From: Phycisphaerae bacterium
GTDB lineage: Bacteria > Planctomycetota > Phycisphaerae > SM23-33
Assembly: GCA_018335035.1 (NCBI GenBank)
Contig: JAGXKT010000002.1
Location: 53,106-117,105, forward strand
Length of the DNA stretch: 64,000 bases
Direction: 5' to 3'
Part shown: piece by piece, positions 23,512 through 33,273 of the stretch
Layout of the letters: each line of letters opens with the position of its first letter
Numbering within the stretch: position 1 is the first letter of the stretch
Notes under the pieces: model-generated
The model's database searches: none
The model's input: the letters and a program-made list of their open reading frames with translations, nothing else
What the model was told of the DNA's origin: nothing
Made by a program: the position numbers and the translations under genes

Positions 23512-24003
23512 ATGACGCACGCAACACGAATCGGTTTGGCGGTGGTTGCGGTCGCGGCACTGCCCTTGGGCTGTGAGCCGAGCGAGCTGTACCGCAACAC
23601 GCGCCAGTTCACCGAGGACACGCTCGCGCCGCGGTCCGAGTGGCAGGCGCGGGGGCGGGGATTCGACGCCCCGCCTCACGCGATCGACTCGAACACGCAG
23701 ACCGTCGCCCGGACGCGGCGGGGTTACGGCGACGCGTCGCTGACGCTCGATTTGGGCGACGTGTGCCTGTTCAACATGGTGATACTCGATCACGGCTCGG
23801 CCGGCGAGATGGGGTTCGCCGGGCGCGTGGCTGTGCTGACGAGCATTGACGGAAAGACGTTCACGCGGTGCGCCGCGGCGCCGGGGACGCGCCGGATTAC
23901 GCTGATTCCGGTCGTGACGCCGACCTTGGCCCGCTACGTGCGCATTCAGGCGGTCAGCCCGGGCGGGCGCCCGTGGTCGATTGCGGAGGTACACTTGCAG
24001 TGA
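23512..24003 (+). CDS. Lipoprotein with discoidin (F5/8 type C)-like domain
   Basis: Lipobox LPLGC; AID, LTLDLG, SIDGKTF, ARYVRI, WSIAEV; TATAAT and GGGAG upstream. Confidence 0.75.
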   Translation: MTHATRIGLAVVAVAALPLGCEPSELYRNTRQFTEDTLAPRSEWQARGRGFDAPPHAIDSNTQTVARTRRGYGDASLTLDLGDVCLFNMVILDHGSAGEMGFAGRVAVLTSIDGKTFTRCAAAPGTRRITLIPVVTPTLARYVRIQAVSPGGRPWSIAEVHLQ

Positions 24004-24046
24004 CGACACCGATGCGGCGTGCGAATAAAAATCGGGAGCTTGGCAC

Positions 24047-24469
24047 ATGAATGGCGACAACACGAGCAGCGACGCAAGCGGCCGCGACACGCCGTACATC
24101 GTCATCGTCGGCATCCTGGCGGCGATGATCGTCGTCTGCCTGGCGACGCTGTGGCTGATGGAGCGCAACCGTCGCGTCAAGGCGCAGCGGCGGCTTGCCG
24201 AGGTCTCCGCGCAGCGCAACAGGCCGTTGGAGCAGTTGCTTGGAGCGTCGTACGCGCGGTCGGGCGACTCGTTCGCGCCGGCCGGCGCCGTCCGCCCGCT
24301 GCAGGCGGCAGACATCGTGCATATGGAGACTGCCGACGACACGCGCCGGCTGAAAGTGTCCGCCGAGGCGGGTCGGCGGCTGGGCTTCCGCGCCGGCGAC
24401 GTGATCCAGGTCGTTGAGGCGACGACGAGTCGTCCGGGCGAGCCGCCTGCCGACACGCCGGATCGGTGA
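24047..24469 (+). CDS. Hypothetical single-TM membrane protein
   Basis: YIVIVGILAAMIVVCLATLWL TM segment; GGGAG RBS. Confidence 0.65.
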   Translation: MNGDNTSSDASGRDTPYIVIVGILAAMIVVCLATLWLMERNRRVKAQRRLAEVSAQRNRPLEQLLGASYARSGDSFAPAGAVRPLQAADIVHMETADDTRRLKVSAEAGRRLGFRAGDVIQVVEATTSRPGEPPADTPDR

Positions 24470-24556
24470 TCGCGGCGGTCGAATTTCAGTTTATGGCGCC
24501 CGGCGCGTGTGCTATTCTACCGTCAAATCGCGGTAGAATTTGAACGAGCCGAGTGC

Positions 24557-25327
24557 ATGAAACACGAGACGTTGGAACGTGGCCGGGGGGCGCCATTGCT
24601 GATGCTTCACGGCATGATGGGCGAACCGGGCAACTGGTCGCGCTTGAGCGACCACTTGCCCGAGTCATGTCGTATGATTGCGCTGCGGTTTCCCTTCTTT
24701 GAGGACGGACACAAGCTTAACAGTGTCCCGGCCGTGACGGATTACGCCCAGGACTACGTCGAACAAGCCGGTCTGGAGCGATTTGCCGTCTGCGGCAACT
24801 CCCTGGGCGGGCACGTGGCGATTGACCTGGCGATTCGCATGCCGCAGCGCGTCTGCGGGCTCGTGCTCAGCGGGTCGAGCGGGCTGTTCGAGCGGACCTT
24901 CGGCACGGTCGTGACGCGCCCGCCGCGGTCGTGGGTGCGCGAGAAGATACGCGAAATCTTCCACGACGACGAGCACGTGACCGAGGAAATGGTCGACCGC
25001 GTCATCGGCGTGATCTCCAGCCGGCGCAACGTGCGCACGCTGATTCAGATCGCCAAATCCGCCAAGCGGGACAACGTCGCTGAACGGCTGCGGTCGATTC
25101 AGTGCCCGGCGTTGCTGATCTGGGGCCGCCAGGACGAAATCACGCCGCCCAGCGTGGCCGAGGAATTCCATCGCAACCTGCCCAACAGCGAGCTGCACTG
25201 GCTGGAGGCGTGCGGGCACGCACCGATGCTCGAGTACCCGGAGCAGTTTGCCCAGGCGCTGGGTCGATGGTGGCGAGGGCACATCCATCCAGACACATCC
25301 CGTCGGCAGGACGGAGTCGCCACGTGA
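24557..25327 (+). CDS. Alpha/beta fold hydrolase
   Basis: LLMLHGMMG, GNSLGG nucleophile elbow, WGRQDEITP, CGHAPMLE. Confidence 0.92.
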   Translation: MKHETLERGRGAPLLMLHGMMGEPGNWSRLSDHLPESCRMIALRFPFFEDGHKLNSVPAVTDYAQDYVEQAGLERFAVCGNSLGGHVAIDLAIRMPQRVCGLVLSGSSGLFERTFGTVVTRPPRSWVREKIREIFHDDEHVTEEMVDRVIGVISSRRNVRTLIQIAKSAKRDNVAERLRSIQCPALLIWGRQDEITPPSVAEEFHRNLPNSELHWLEACGHAPMLEYPEQFAQALGRWWRGHIHPDTSRRQDGVAT

Positions 25328-26859
25328 GCGCGCTGGCCGCGGCGCTGAACGTCTGGAGCAAGGTCGTCCAGCGCCGCATCCGTCGAGCGCGGCGGGATCC
25401 CGTCGGCATGCAGCGTCGCGTCTTCGAGCGCTTGCTGCGCAAGGGGCGCCGGACCGCGTTCGGCCGGCAGCACGGATTTGACCGCATCCGCACGCCCGAT
25501 GACTTCGCGCGCGCCGTTCCGGTCGCCGATTACGTAGGGCGCCTCGAGATGTTCGAGCGCATCGTTGCCGGCGAACGGGACGTCGCCTGGCCCGGGCGAG
25601 TCCGCGTGTTCGCGCAGACCTCCGGCACGACGGCCGGCGACAAGCGCATCCCGCTGACGCGCGAGATGATGCGCGCCAACCGCCGGGCCGCGATGCGGAT
25701 TTTCGCCTACTACGACCGGCGGCAGGGCGTTCGCGCCGGGGATCTGTTCCGGGGGAAGCTGCTGTTTCTCGGTGGCTCGACGGACCTGACCCGCACGGAA
25801 AGCGGTGCGCTGATCGGCGACCTGTCCGGCATTGCGACGCGGTCGATCGTCTGGCCGATCAGCCGATGCTATGAGCCGGGAAAGGACCTGGCGCTGATCG
25901 ACGATTGGGAGCAGAAGGTTCGGCGCGTTGCCGAGCGGACGGTACGGCGCGACGTGCGCTTCGTCACCGGCATGCCGAGTTGGGTCAAGGTGTTGTTCGA
26001 CCGTTTGTGCGAGCTGCGCGGGGTGGCGCCGGAGGGGGGGATCAGCCGGATCTGGCCCAACCTGCGCCTCTTCGTCCACGGCGGGGTCAATTTCGCGCCG
26101 TATCGACGGAGCTTCGAGCGGTATTTCGCCGCCGGCGCGGCGCCGGAGTTCCTGGAGGTCTATCCCGCCAGCGAGGGCTTCATCGGCATCCAGGCCGAGC
26201 GCGATCGGCCGGACCTGGACCTGCTGACGGACAACGGCCTGTTCTACGAGTTCGTTCCGCTCAGTGAGTGGGGCCGCGACGACGCCCCGCGCCTGACGGT
26301 CGGGCGGGTCGAGCCGGACGTGCCGTACTGCGTCGTGCTCAGCACGTGCGCCGGGCTGTGGGCGTACGACCTGGGCGACGTGGTGCGGTTCACGAGCGTC
26401 CGCCCCCCGCGGCTGGTGTTCGCCGGGCGCAACAAGCATTTCATCAACGCGTTCGGGGAGAACATCATTGGCGAGCAGGTCTCGGCCGCCGTCGCGGAGG
26501 CCGCCGCGCACACCGGCGCCGAGGTTGCGGAGTTCACGGCTGGGCCTATCTACGCCGGCGCGGGCCGGCCGGTCGGTGCCCATGAGTACGTGGTGGAGTT
26601 TTCCCAGCCCCCGGGCGAGGGGGTCGAGGCGTTCGCCGCCGCAATCGACGACGCCCTGAAGCGTCTGAACCATGACTACGCCGTTAAGCGCGGCGGCGAC
26701 GTGGGCATGACAGGCGTGGAGGTCACGCAGGTGCCGCGGGGGACGTTCTACGCGTGGATGAAGCAGCGCGGCAAGCTCGGCGGGCAACACAAGGTGCCCG
26801 TCTGTGCCAATGATCGCACGGCAATCGACGCGCTGCGCGCGGCGGGCGGGCTGGCGTGA
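25324..26859 (+). CDS. GH3 auxin-responsive family acyl-acid amido synthetase
   Basis: FAQTSGTTAGDKRIP, EVYPASEGFI, FYEFVP, WAYDLGDVVRF, GGQHKVP; GTGA overlap with the hydrolase. Confidence 0.92.
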   Translation: MSALAAALNVWSKVVQRRIRRARRDPVGMQRRVFERLLRKGRRTAFGRQHGFDRIRTPDDFARAVPVADYVGRLEMFERIVAGERDVAWPGRVRVFAQTSGTTAGDKRIPLTREMMRANRRAAMRIFAYYDRRQGVRAGDLFRGKLLFLGGSTDLTRTESGALIGDLSGIATRSIVWPISRCYEPGKDLALIDDWEQKVRRVAERTVRRDVRFVTGMPSWVKVLFDRLCELRGVAPEGGISRIWPNLRLFVHGGVNFAPYRRSFERYFAAGAAPEFLEVYPASEGFIGIQAERDRPDLDLLTDNGLFYEFVPLSEWGRDDAPRLTVGRVEPDVPYCVVLSTCAGLWAYDLGDVVRFTSVRPPRLVFAGRNKHFINAFGENIIGEQVSAAVAEAAAHTGAEVAEFTAGPIYAGAGRPVGAHEYVVEFSQPPGEGVEAFAAAIDDALKRLNHDYAVKRGGDVGMTGVEVTQVPRGTFYAWMKQRGKLGGQHKVPVCANDRTAIDALRAAGGLA

Positions 26860-26914
26860 AGGCCGTGGTTGCTCCCCTTTGCCCCCGGCGGGTACCATAG
26901 ACCCGGCTACAGCC

Positions 26915-27916
26915 ATGCGACGCCGATTCGAGCTATCCAAGCAGCACGTCCTGGTGGGGTTGGCGTGCCTGTGCGCTGTGGCGGCGGCGGCGACGACGTT
27001 CGCCCCGCGGCTCGGCGGCACGGTGCGCGCGGCGGCGGGGACGGTTCTGGCCCCGTTCGCCGATGCGGGCATGTACGTCACGGCTACGGCGCGCAGGCGT
27101 ATCGGGCGCCCGGAGATGGTGCCCGCCGTCGAGCATGCCGCGTTGCGTCGACGGGCGGATTACCTGTTGGCGCAGGTGGACCATCTTCAGAAGCGCCTCG
27201 CTGACCAGCGGGACCGCTTTCGACAGGCGAGGGCGTTCGCCCGTCTGTTCGGCGACCGGCCTGCGGAGCAGATTCCCTTCAAGCTCATTCCGGCACGCGT
27301 GGTGATGCGCCAGGCGTTGCCGTACGGGCAGGGGGGGGCGTTGAACGTCGGCGGCGCCGGCGGAGCGGCTGTCGGCGCACCGGTGACGATGCGATCGCTC
27401 CTGACCGGTGAGCCCAAGGAATTGCTTCCGGAACGATGGGGCGTCGTTCGCGGGACCGTGCTGGTGGGGCGCATCAGCGCCTCGTGGGCATTCGGTGCGC
27501 GCGTGGCGCTCGTGACGGACCCCTCGTGCAAGGTTCAGGCGCAGGTGCGTCGGGTTATTCGCGACCCCGATAACCCGCGCCAGGTCCGCATCGTGCGCGA
27601 GGGATTCGCGCGGACGGTCAAGCTCTCGCCGGACTACAACGATCCGATTGACGTCATCGCCACCGGCGGCGACGACGCCCGAAGCGTCGTCATCCGGCAG
27701 GTCAAGGCCGACCACAACATCCTGCCCGGCGACGTGGTCGTCACGCGGGCCGATGGCGTCTGCCCCGAGCGCCTGCTGATCGGCGAGGTGGCCGAGGTCG
27801 TCGCCGACGCCGAGCACAGCGGCTTCGTGTGGCTACGCGTCGATCCGGCGGCCGAACTGGACGCGCTGCGGCGCGTGTATGTTGTCAAGCCGGTCTGGAC
27901 GAAAGCGAGCCGCTGA
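26915..27916 (+). CDS. mreC: Rod shape-determining protein MreC
   Basis: N-terminal TM and coiled coil, IPARVV, LVGRI, LVTDP, GDVVVT, LIGEV, PAAELDALRRVYVV; sits before mreD. Confidence 0.8.
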   Translation: MRRRFELSKQHVLVGLACLCAVAAAATTFAPRLGGTVRAAAGTVLAPFADAGMYVTATARRRIGRPEMVPAVEHAALRRRADYLLAQVDHLQKRLADQRDRFRQARAFARLFGDRPAEQIPFKLIPARVVMRQALPYGQGGALNVGGAGGAAVGAPVTMRSLLTGEPKELLPERWGVVRGTVLVGRISASWAFGARVALVTDPSCKVQAQVRRVIRDPDNPRQVRIVREGFARTVKLSPDYNDPIDVIATGGDDARSVVIRQVKADHNILPGDVVVTRADGVCPERLLIGEVAEVVADAEHSGFVWLRVDPAAELDALRRVYVVKPVWTKASR

Positions 27917-28470
27917 TGCGCTGGGTGGCGTTTGCGATTCTGGCGTACGTCGCCGTCCTGCTGCAGACGACGGTGACCGGACTGATTCGCATCGGTGGGT
28001 TCGCGTTCGGCGGCATTCGCCCGGATCTGCCGGCCACGCTGGCCGTGTTCGTCGCGTTGCGCGTACGGGACGGCACGGACGCGATGCTTGCGGCGCTGGT
28101 GCTGGGTGCGGCGCTGGATATGACGGTCGTCGGCGGGCCCGGCGGCGAGACGGCCCTCGGTGTGCTGCCGCTGACCTACGTTCTGGGTGCCGCGGTCGTC
28201 TATTACGTGCGCGAGGCGCTGTTCGCCGAGCGCATCACGACGCAGGTGATCCTGGCGCTGGGGTTCGCCCTGCTGGTCCATGCCGGGTGGGTCTCGGCGC
28301 AGGCACTGCTCAACGCCGGGACGATGACGTGGGCGGCGTACCGGGCGATGCTCCTGCAGGCCGTCGGCGTGGCGGCCTACACGGGTGCCGTCATGCCGCT
28401 CGTCGTTGCGGCGCTTCGCCGGTGTGAGCGATGGATCGTGCCGGCTGCACCCCTGCGTCGCGGGTCGTGA
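27916..28470 (+). CDS. mreD: Rod shape-determining protein MreD
   Basis: Polytopic hydrophobic protein with LLQTT, IRPDL, LGAALD; between mreC and PBP2. Confidence 0.82.
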   Translation: MRWVAFAILAYVAVLLQTTVTGLIRIGGFAFGGIRPDLPATLAVFVALRVRDGTDAMLAALVLGAALDMTVVGGPGGETALGVLPLTYVLGAAVVYYVREALFAERITTQVILALGFALLVHAGWVSAQALLNAGTMTWAAYRAMLLQAVGVAAYTGAVMPLVVAALRRCERWIVPAAPLRRGS

Positions 28471-28500
28471 CGTCCAGGCGCGTGAATCGAGAGGAGTGCG

Positions 28501-30537
28501 ATGTACAAGCGGCGGATGGTGATTTTCATGGGGCTGGTCGGCGTCGTGTTCCTCGTGGTGGTGGCACGGCTGGGCCATCTCCAGCTTATCGCGGGGGCCT
28601 CCTACCGTCGCCAGGCCGCCGCGGCCCTGCGGTCCATCGAGCTTCTGCCGACGCGTCGCGGGGAGATTCTGGATCGCAAGGGACGAATTCTCGCCTTGGA
28701 CAACCCGTGCTACCAGTTCTGCCTGGACTACCGCTTCCTGACGCGCGATGCGAAGTACGTGCTTCGCCAGAAGCGCCGGATCGCCCTTCGGAACGGGGTG
28801 TCCATGCTCCGGGCGGCCGAGATATACCGCGACCGCCAAGCGCGGACGTGGCGCCTGGCGGCACACATCGGGGACGTCTCGCCGCAGGAACTGCGCGACA
28901 GGGCTCAGAGCATTATCCGGCGCGTCCGGCGCATTCGCGACATCGTCGGTACGGATGTGCGTGAGCAATTTCAGACCCACCCCGTTCTGGTGGGGCTGGA
29001 CGAAGCGGCCGCGACACAATTCGAGGCCAAGCTCGATGACATGATCGGCGCGCAGGTGCGCCCCGGACACATGCGGTGGTACCCGCGTGGCGAGACGGCC
29101 TGCCACGTGATCGGCCTGACCGGCGAGGTGGGCTCGGAGGATTTGCGGCGCAAGGGGTCGCGCGGCGAGACGCTCTCCGAGCGGCTGGATGAGTACCTCG
29201 CCGGCGATACCATCGGGCGAATGGGCATCGAGAAATCGTGCGAAGCGTTCCTGCGGGGGCAGCGGGGCTATCGAAAGCTCAAACGGCGCGTCGGCAAGGC
29301 CCCGGAGGTGCTCGAACAGCGCCTGGGCGAACCGGGCGGCACCGTTCGCCTGGCGATCGACATCGAGCTTCAGGAGATACTGACGCAGTTGTTCTGCGAG
29401 TTGACCGCGCAGCGCAATGCTGTGACGGGTTCGTGGCGCGGCGCCCGCCCGTCCAACGGCGCCGCGGCGGTGGTGTCCATCCCCGAGGGCGACGTTCTGG
29501 CGCTGGTCTCGATTCCCACCTATGACCTCAACACGTATGGGAAGCGCTTTGACGAACTGCGCGACGCGTCGGTCGAACTTCCTTTGCTGAATCGTGCCGT
29601 GACGCGTCGCTATCCCATCGGCTCGACGGCCAAGCCGATTACCGCCGTGGCGGGCCTGGAGACGCGGTTGCAACCGCCGATTACGCCGCAAACACGGTTC
29701 ACGTGCCACGGGCGGATTCGCGTCGGCAACACGCATCTGCATTGCTGGACGCACTCCCATGGGATGCCGGGCCACGGGGCGCTCGATCTCGTCGGCGCCC
29801 TCATGCACAGTTGCAACGTGTATTTCTACAGTGTGGGGCGGCGCGTAGGCCTGGAGCAGCTCTGTCAGTGGTTCGCGCGTTTCGGGTTTGCTCGCCCGCC
29901 CGTGGCGTCGCTGCCGGCGGCCGTGAGCGGACACGTGCCCACCCGCCGCTGGCTGGCTCAGCACAAGCCCGGCTACCGGGTCGCCCGTCCCTTCGACGCC
30001 TGCCAGGTCGCCATCGGGCAGGGCTTTCTGGGCGCCACGCCGCTGCACGTGGCGTCAGCGATGGCGACGATCGCCCGCGGCGGCGTGGTTGTCACGCCCC
30101 GACTGGTGTTGCGGGGTCCGACCTTCGAGCGGCACCAGGAGGACCTGGGCGTTCCCGCAGCGCACATGACGGCGATCCAGCGGGGGTTGTACAAGGTCGT
30201 CAACGAGCGGGGCGGCACGGCTTACAAAGCGTTCCACGTGACGGGCACCCCGATTTCCGGCGTGGACGTCTACGGCAAGACGGGCACGTCGACGGCGACG
30301 CCGCCGGACCTCAATGGGGATAACAGACTCGACGCGCGCGAGCGCCGGCTCAAGGAGATGTCATGGTTTGCCGGCTTCGCCGTGCCGCGCAGCGGCGGCA
30401 GCGTGACGGGCCGTCGCGGCGTTTCCGTCGCTGTCGTCGTCGAATACACCACCGGCGGCGGGTCGCGCAACGCCGCGCCTGTCGCTCGCGAGGCGATCCG
30501 CGCCTGCCGCGAGATGGGCTACATTCCGGACCCGTGA
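28501..30537 (+). CDS. mrdA: Penicillin-binding protein 2 (class B transpeptidase)
   Basis: RGEILDRKG, STAK (SxxK), SCN (SxN), KTGT. Confidence 0.93.
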   Translation: MYKRRMVIFMGLVGVVFLVVVARLGHLQLIAGASYRRQAAAALRSIELLPTRRGEILDRKGRILALDNPCYQFCLDYRFLTRDAKYVLRQKRRIALRNGVSMLRAAEIYRDRQARTWRLAAHIGDVSPQELRDRAQSIIRRVRRIRDIVGTDVREQFQTHPVLVGLDEAAATQFEAKLDDMIGAQVRPGHMRWYPRGETACHVIGLTGEVGSEDLRRKGSRGETLSERLDEYLAGDTIGRMGIEKSCEAFLRGQRGYRKLKRRVGKAPEVLEQRLGEPGGTVRLAIDIELQEILTQLFCELTAQRNAVTGSWRGARPSNGAAAVVSIPEGDVLALVSIPTYDLNTYGKRFDELRDASVELPLLNRAVTRRYPIGSTAKPITAVAGLETRLQPPITPQTRFTCHGRIRVGNTHLHCWTHSHGMPGHGALDLVGALMHSCNVYFYSVGRRVGLEQLCQWFARFGFARPPVASLPAAVSGHVPTRRWLAQHKPGYRVARPFDACQVAIGQGFLGATPLHVASAMATIARGGVVVTPRLVLRGPTFERHQEDLGVPAAHMTAIQRGLYKVVNERGGTAYKAFHVTGTPISGVDVYGKTGTSTATPPDLNGDNRLDARERRLKEMSWFAGFAVPRSGGSVTGRRGVSVAVVVEYTTGGGSRNAAPVAREAIRACREMGYIPDP

Positions 30538-30541
30538 GACG

Positions 30542-31843
30542 ATGCTCGAGGGCCTGCGACAATATTTCCGCCTGACCACGTGGCTGATCCTGCTGGCGAT
30601 GCTGGGCCTGATGATTGTCGGCATGTTCGCCATTCGTGCCTCCGAGGCGGCCGAGGGGGACCCGCCGGGCTTCGTGATGCGCCAGTTGATCGCAGGCGGC
30701 GTGGGTCTGGCGGCGTTCGCCGCGGCCGTGGCGATTCCCTACCGGCAGTTCGGCAGGGCGGCCTATCCGCTGTTCGCGGTGACGCTTGGGCTGCTGGCGC
30801 TGGTCCTCTTCCTGCCGCCGATTCGCTATTCGCACCGGTGGATCGCCGTTGGACCGCTGCAGTTTCAGCCGTCCGAACTGGCCAAGCTCAGCTTGATCCT
30901 CATGCTCGCGTGGTACCTGCGATATCGCAGCAACTATCGACGGCTTCTCGGCCTGGCCGTGCCGTTCGCGCTGACGTTCGTGCCCATGGTACTCATCCTG
31001 CGCGAGCCGGACCTCGGCACGGCATTGCTGTTTCTGCCGACGCTGTATGCCATGCTCATGTTGGCCGGGGCGCGGTGGGTGCATCTGCTGGGCATTGTCG
31101 CGGTCGCCACGGCGCTGGTGCTGCTGCCCGTGCCTCGCCCGGTGCCCGAGAATGCCGATGGCGCCGCGGACGGGCGCCAGGCGCTGGCGTACGCCACGGT
31201 CCGCGTCGGCGGGCAGCGGTATGCCCTGACGGCCGCCCCGTTGATCGTCGTGGCCAACCACCAGGTCGAGCGGATCGATGGCTGGCTGCGCCAGGGGGAT
31301 CCGTCCGTTGCCATGGACCAGGGCTACCAGCTTCATCAGTCCAAGACCGCCCTGGCGTGCGGTCAATTGGCCGGAAGTGGCAACTGGGCCGACGCCGACC
31401 TTCAGTTGTCACTGCTGCCCGACGATCACACGGACTTCATCTTTGCCGTCGTCGGCGGGCAATGGGGGTTTGTCGGCTGCGTGGGCATCCTTGCGCTATA
31501 CGGCGTGATCTTCCTTGTCGGCATCGAGATCGCCACCGCGACGTACGATCCGTTCGGGCGCCTGCTGGCCGTCGGCGTCCTGGGGCTGCTCCTGGCGCAA
31601 ATCTTCATCAACGTCGGCATGACGATGGGACTGATGCCGATTACCGGCATGACGCTGCCGTTCGTCAGTTATGGCGGCTCGTCGCTGGTGATCAACTGCG
31701 TGGCGATGGGGCTTTTGGTCAATGTCGGCCTGCGCCGGCCGATCCTGCTGGGCAGGCACCCCTTCGAACACGGGCAGAAGCGTGAACGGCCCCTGGCGGT
31801 GCGCAAGATGCACGCGGGGAGTCGCGCATCGCACGAGGATTGA
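30542..31843 (+). CDS. rodA: SEDS family peptidoglycan glycosyltransferase RodA
   Basis: QFQPSELAK, EPDLGT, LPDDHTDFIF, MPITGMTLPFVSYGGSS. Confidence 0.93.
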   Translation: MLEGLRQYFRLTTWLILLAMLGLMIVGMFAIRASEAAEGDPPGFVMRQLIAGGVGLAAFAAAVAIPYRQFGRAAYPLFAVTLGLLALVLFLPPIRYSHRWIAVGPLQFQPSELAKLSLILMLAWYLRYRSNYRRLLGLAVPFALTFVPMVLILREPDLGTALLFLPTLYAMLMLAGARWVHLLGIVAVATALVLLPVPRPVPENADGAADGRQALAYATVRVGGQRYALTAAPLIVVANHQVERIDGWLRQGDPSVAMDQGYQLHQSKTALACGQLAGSGNWADADLQLSLLPDDHTDFIFAVVGGQWGFVGCVGILALYGVIFLVGIEIATATYDPFGRLLAVGVLGLLLAQIFINVGMTMGLMPITGMTLPFVSYGGSSLVINCVAMGLLVNVGLRRPILLGRHPFEHGQKRERPLAVRKMHAGSRASHED

Positions 31844-31896
31844 CCGTCTCGGCGCGCCGGGCGACACGGCTTCGAGGACAACGCGCCGGTGGCACG

Positions 31897-32310
31897 CTAC
31901 AGGCGACCGTAGTAGAGAAACCAGATGACCGACAATGCCGCGTACACGCCGCACAGCGCCCAGCAGGCGATCTCCGCGATGCGGCGGCGTCGCAGGACAA
32001 TGAGTATCGCGGCGGCCGAACCGGCCAGAATCAGCTTGAAGGCGATCAACCGTTCGGGATGCGTCAGAAGAGAGCGGGCGATCGGATTCGCCTCGATGAA
32101 TCGTTCCTGCGTTGCCGACAGGAAATACGCATGCGCCATCAGCGTCAGAACGAGATCAAAGACATTCATGAGCACCAGGCACATCACAAGCAGGATGACG
32201 CGCCCCGACCGACCGCCGAAGCGCACGGCCGCAAGCTTGGACAGACGCCCGGGCAGTTGTGCCCCTTCGACCCGGCTCGCCTTGCATGATGCCAGGACGT
32301 TGATTGGCAT
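31897..32310 (-). CDS. DUF5658-like small membrane protein
   Basis: MNVFDLVLT...FIEANPIAR...LIAFKL pattern. Confidence 0.7.
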   Translation of the reverse strand: MPINVLASCKASRVEGAQLPGRLSKLAAVRFGGRSGRVILLVMCLVLMNVFDLVLTLMAHAYFLSATQERFIEANPIARSLLTHPERLIAFKLILAGSAAAILIVLRRRRIAEIACWALCGVYAALSVIWFLYYGRL

Positions 32311-32355
32311 TATCGCGCTTATCGACGGTTACAACAGAGGCCTTCAACAGGGAGT

Positions 32356-33273
32356 GTGAAGATCGTCCCCCTTTGCGACAAGACAGGTCGCCCGGCGCGC
32401 GAGGACCTGATCGGCTCGCGGCCCCTGCGCGAGACGTTGCCGCTCGGCGACGGATACGAAGCGGGTCTGTTCATTCACCGCGCGCCGGACCCACGCGGGT
32501 TGCCCGTGGTGTACCTGCACGGGGTCCAGTCGCACCCGGCGTGGTTTTTCGCCTCGGCGGCGGCGGTGGCGAGGAGCGGCCGCGACGTGTATCAGCCGAC
32601 GCGGCGCGGCAGTGGCGCCGGGCCGGAGCCGCGCGGGGATGCCCCGTCCGCGCGGCAACTGCTCGCCGACGTCGCCGCGGCGTGTGCGGTCGCTCGCGAC
32701 CGGTCGCAGGCCCCGGCGGTACATCTGGCGGGCGTGAGCTGGGGCGGCAAGCTGGCGGCCGCGTTCGTCGCGACCTGCGCCCAACGCGAGCCGGTCGCTT
32801 CGCTGACGCTCGTAGCCCCCGGCATCGTGCCGCGCGTGGACGCCTCGACGGCGACGAAGCTGGGCGTGGCGGCGTGTCTGCTGGTCTGCCCGCGGCGCCG
32901 GTTCGCCATTCCGCTCAACGATCCCGCGCTGTTCACCGACAACGAGCCGATGCGCGCTTACCTGCGGGCGGACCAATACCGCCTGCATCGCGCGACGGCG
33001 CGGTTTCTGTACGTGAGCCGGCGGCTGGATCGTTTTCTGGCGCACGCGGCCGACGGCGCCATCCGCACGCCGACGACGCTCATCCTCGCGCGGCGCGATC
33101 GCATCATCGATAACGCCGCGACGCGCACCGCGATGGATCGCCTAACCGATGGGCGCGCCGCGACGGTCGAGTTGGACGGCGCTCATACGTTGGAGTTCGA
33201 GCCGGACCCGACGCCGCTGTGCGACGCGCTCGTCGCGGCCCTGCGTCACGGCGAGAATGCCGGCGGCGTCTAG
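32356..33273 (+). CDS. Alpha/beta hydrolase (lysophospholipase-like)
   Basis: YLHGVQSH, RRGSG, RGD, GVSWGGKLA, DRIIDN, HTLEFEPD; GGGAG RBS before GTG. Confidence 0.88.
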   Translation: MKIVPLCDKTGRPAREDLIGSRPLRETLPLGDGYEAGLFIHRAPDPRGLPVVYLHGVQSHPAWFFASAAAVARSGRDVYQPTRRGSGAGPEPRGDAPSARQLLADVAAACAVARDRSQAPAVHLAGVSWGGKLAAAFVATCAQREPVASLTLVAPGIVPRVDASTATKLGVAACLLVCPRRRFAIPLNDPALFTDNEPMRAYLRADQYRLHRATARFLYVSRRLDRFLAHAADGAIRTPTTLILARRDRIIDNAATRTAMDRLTDGRAATVELDGAHTLEFEPDPTPLCDALVAALRHGENAGGV

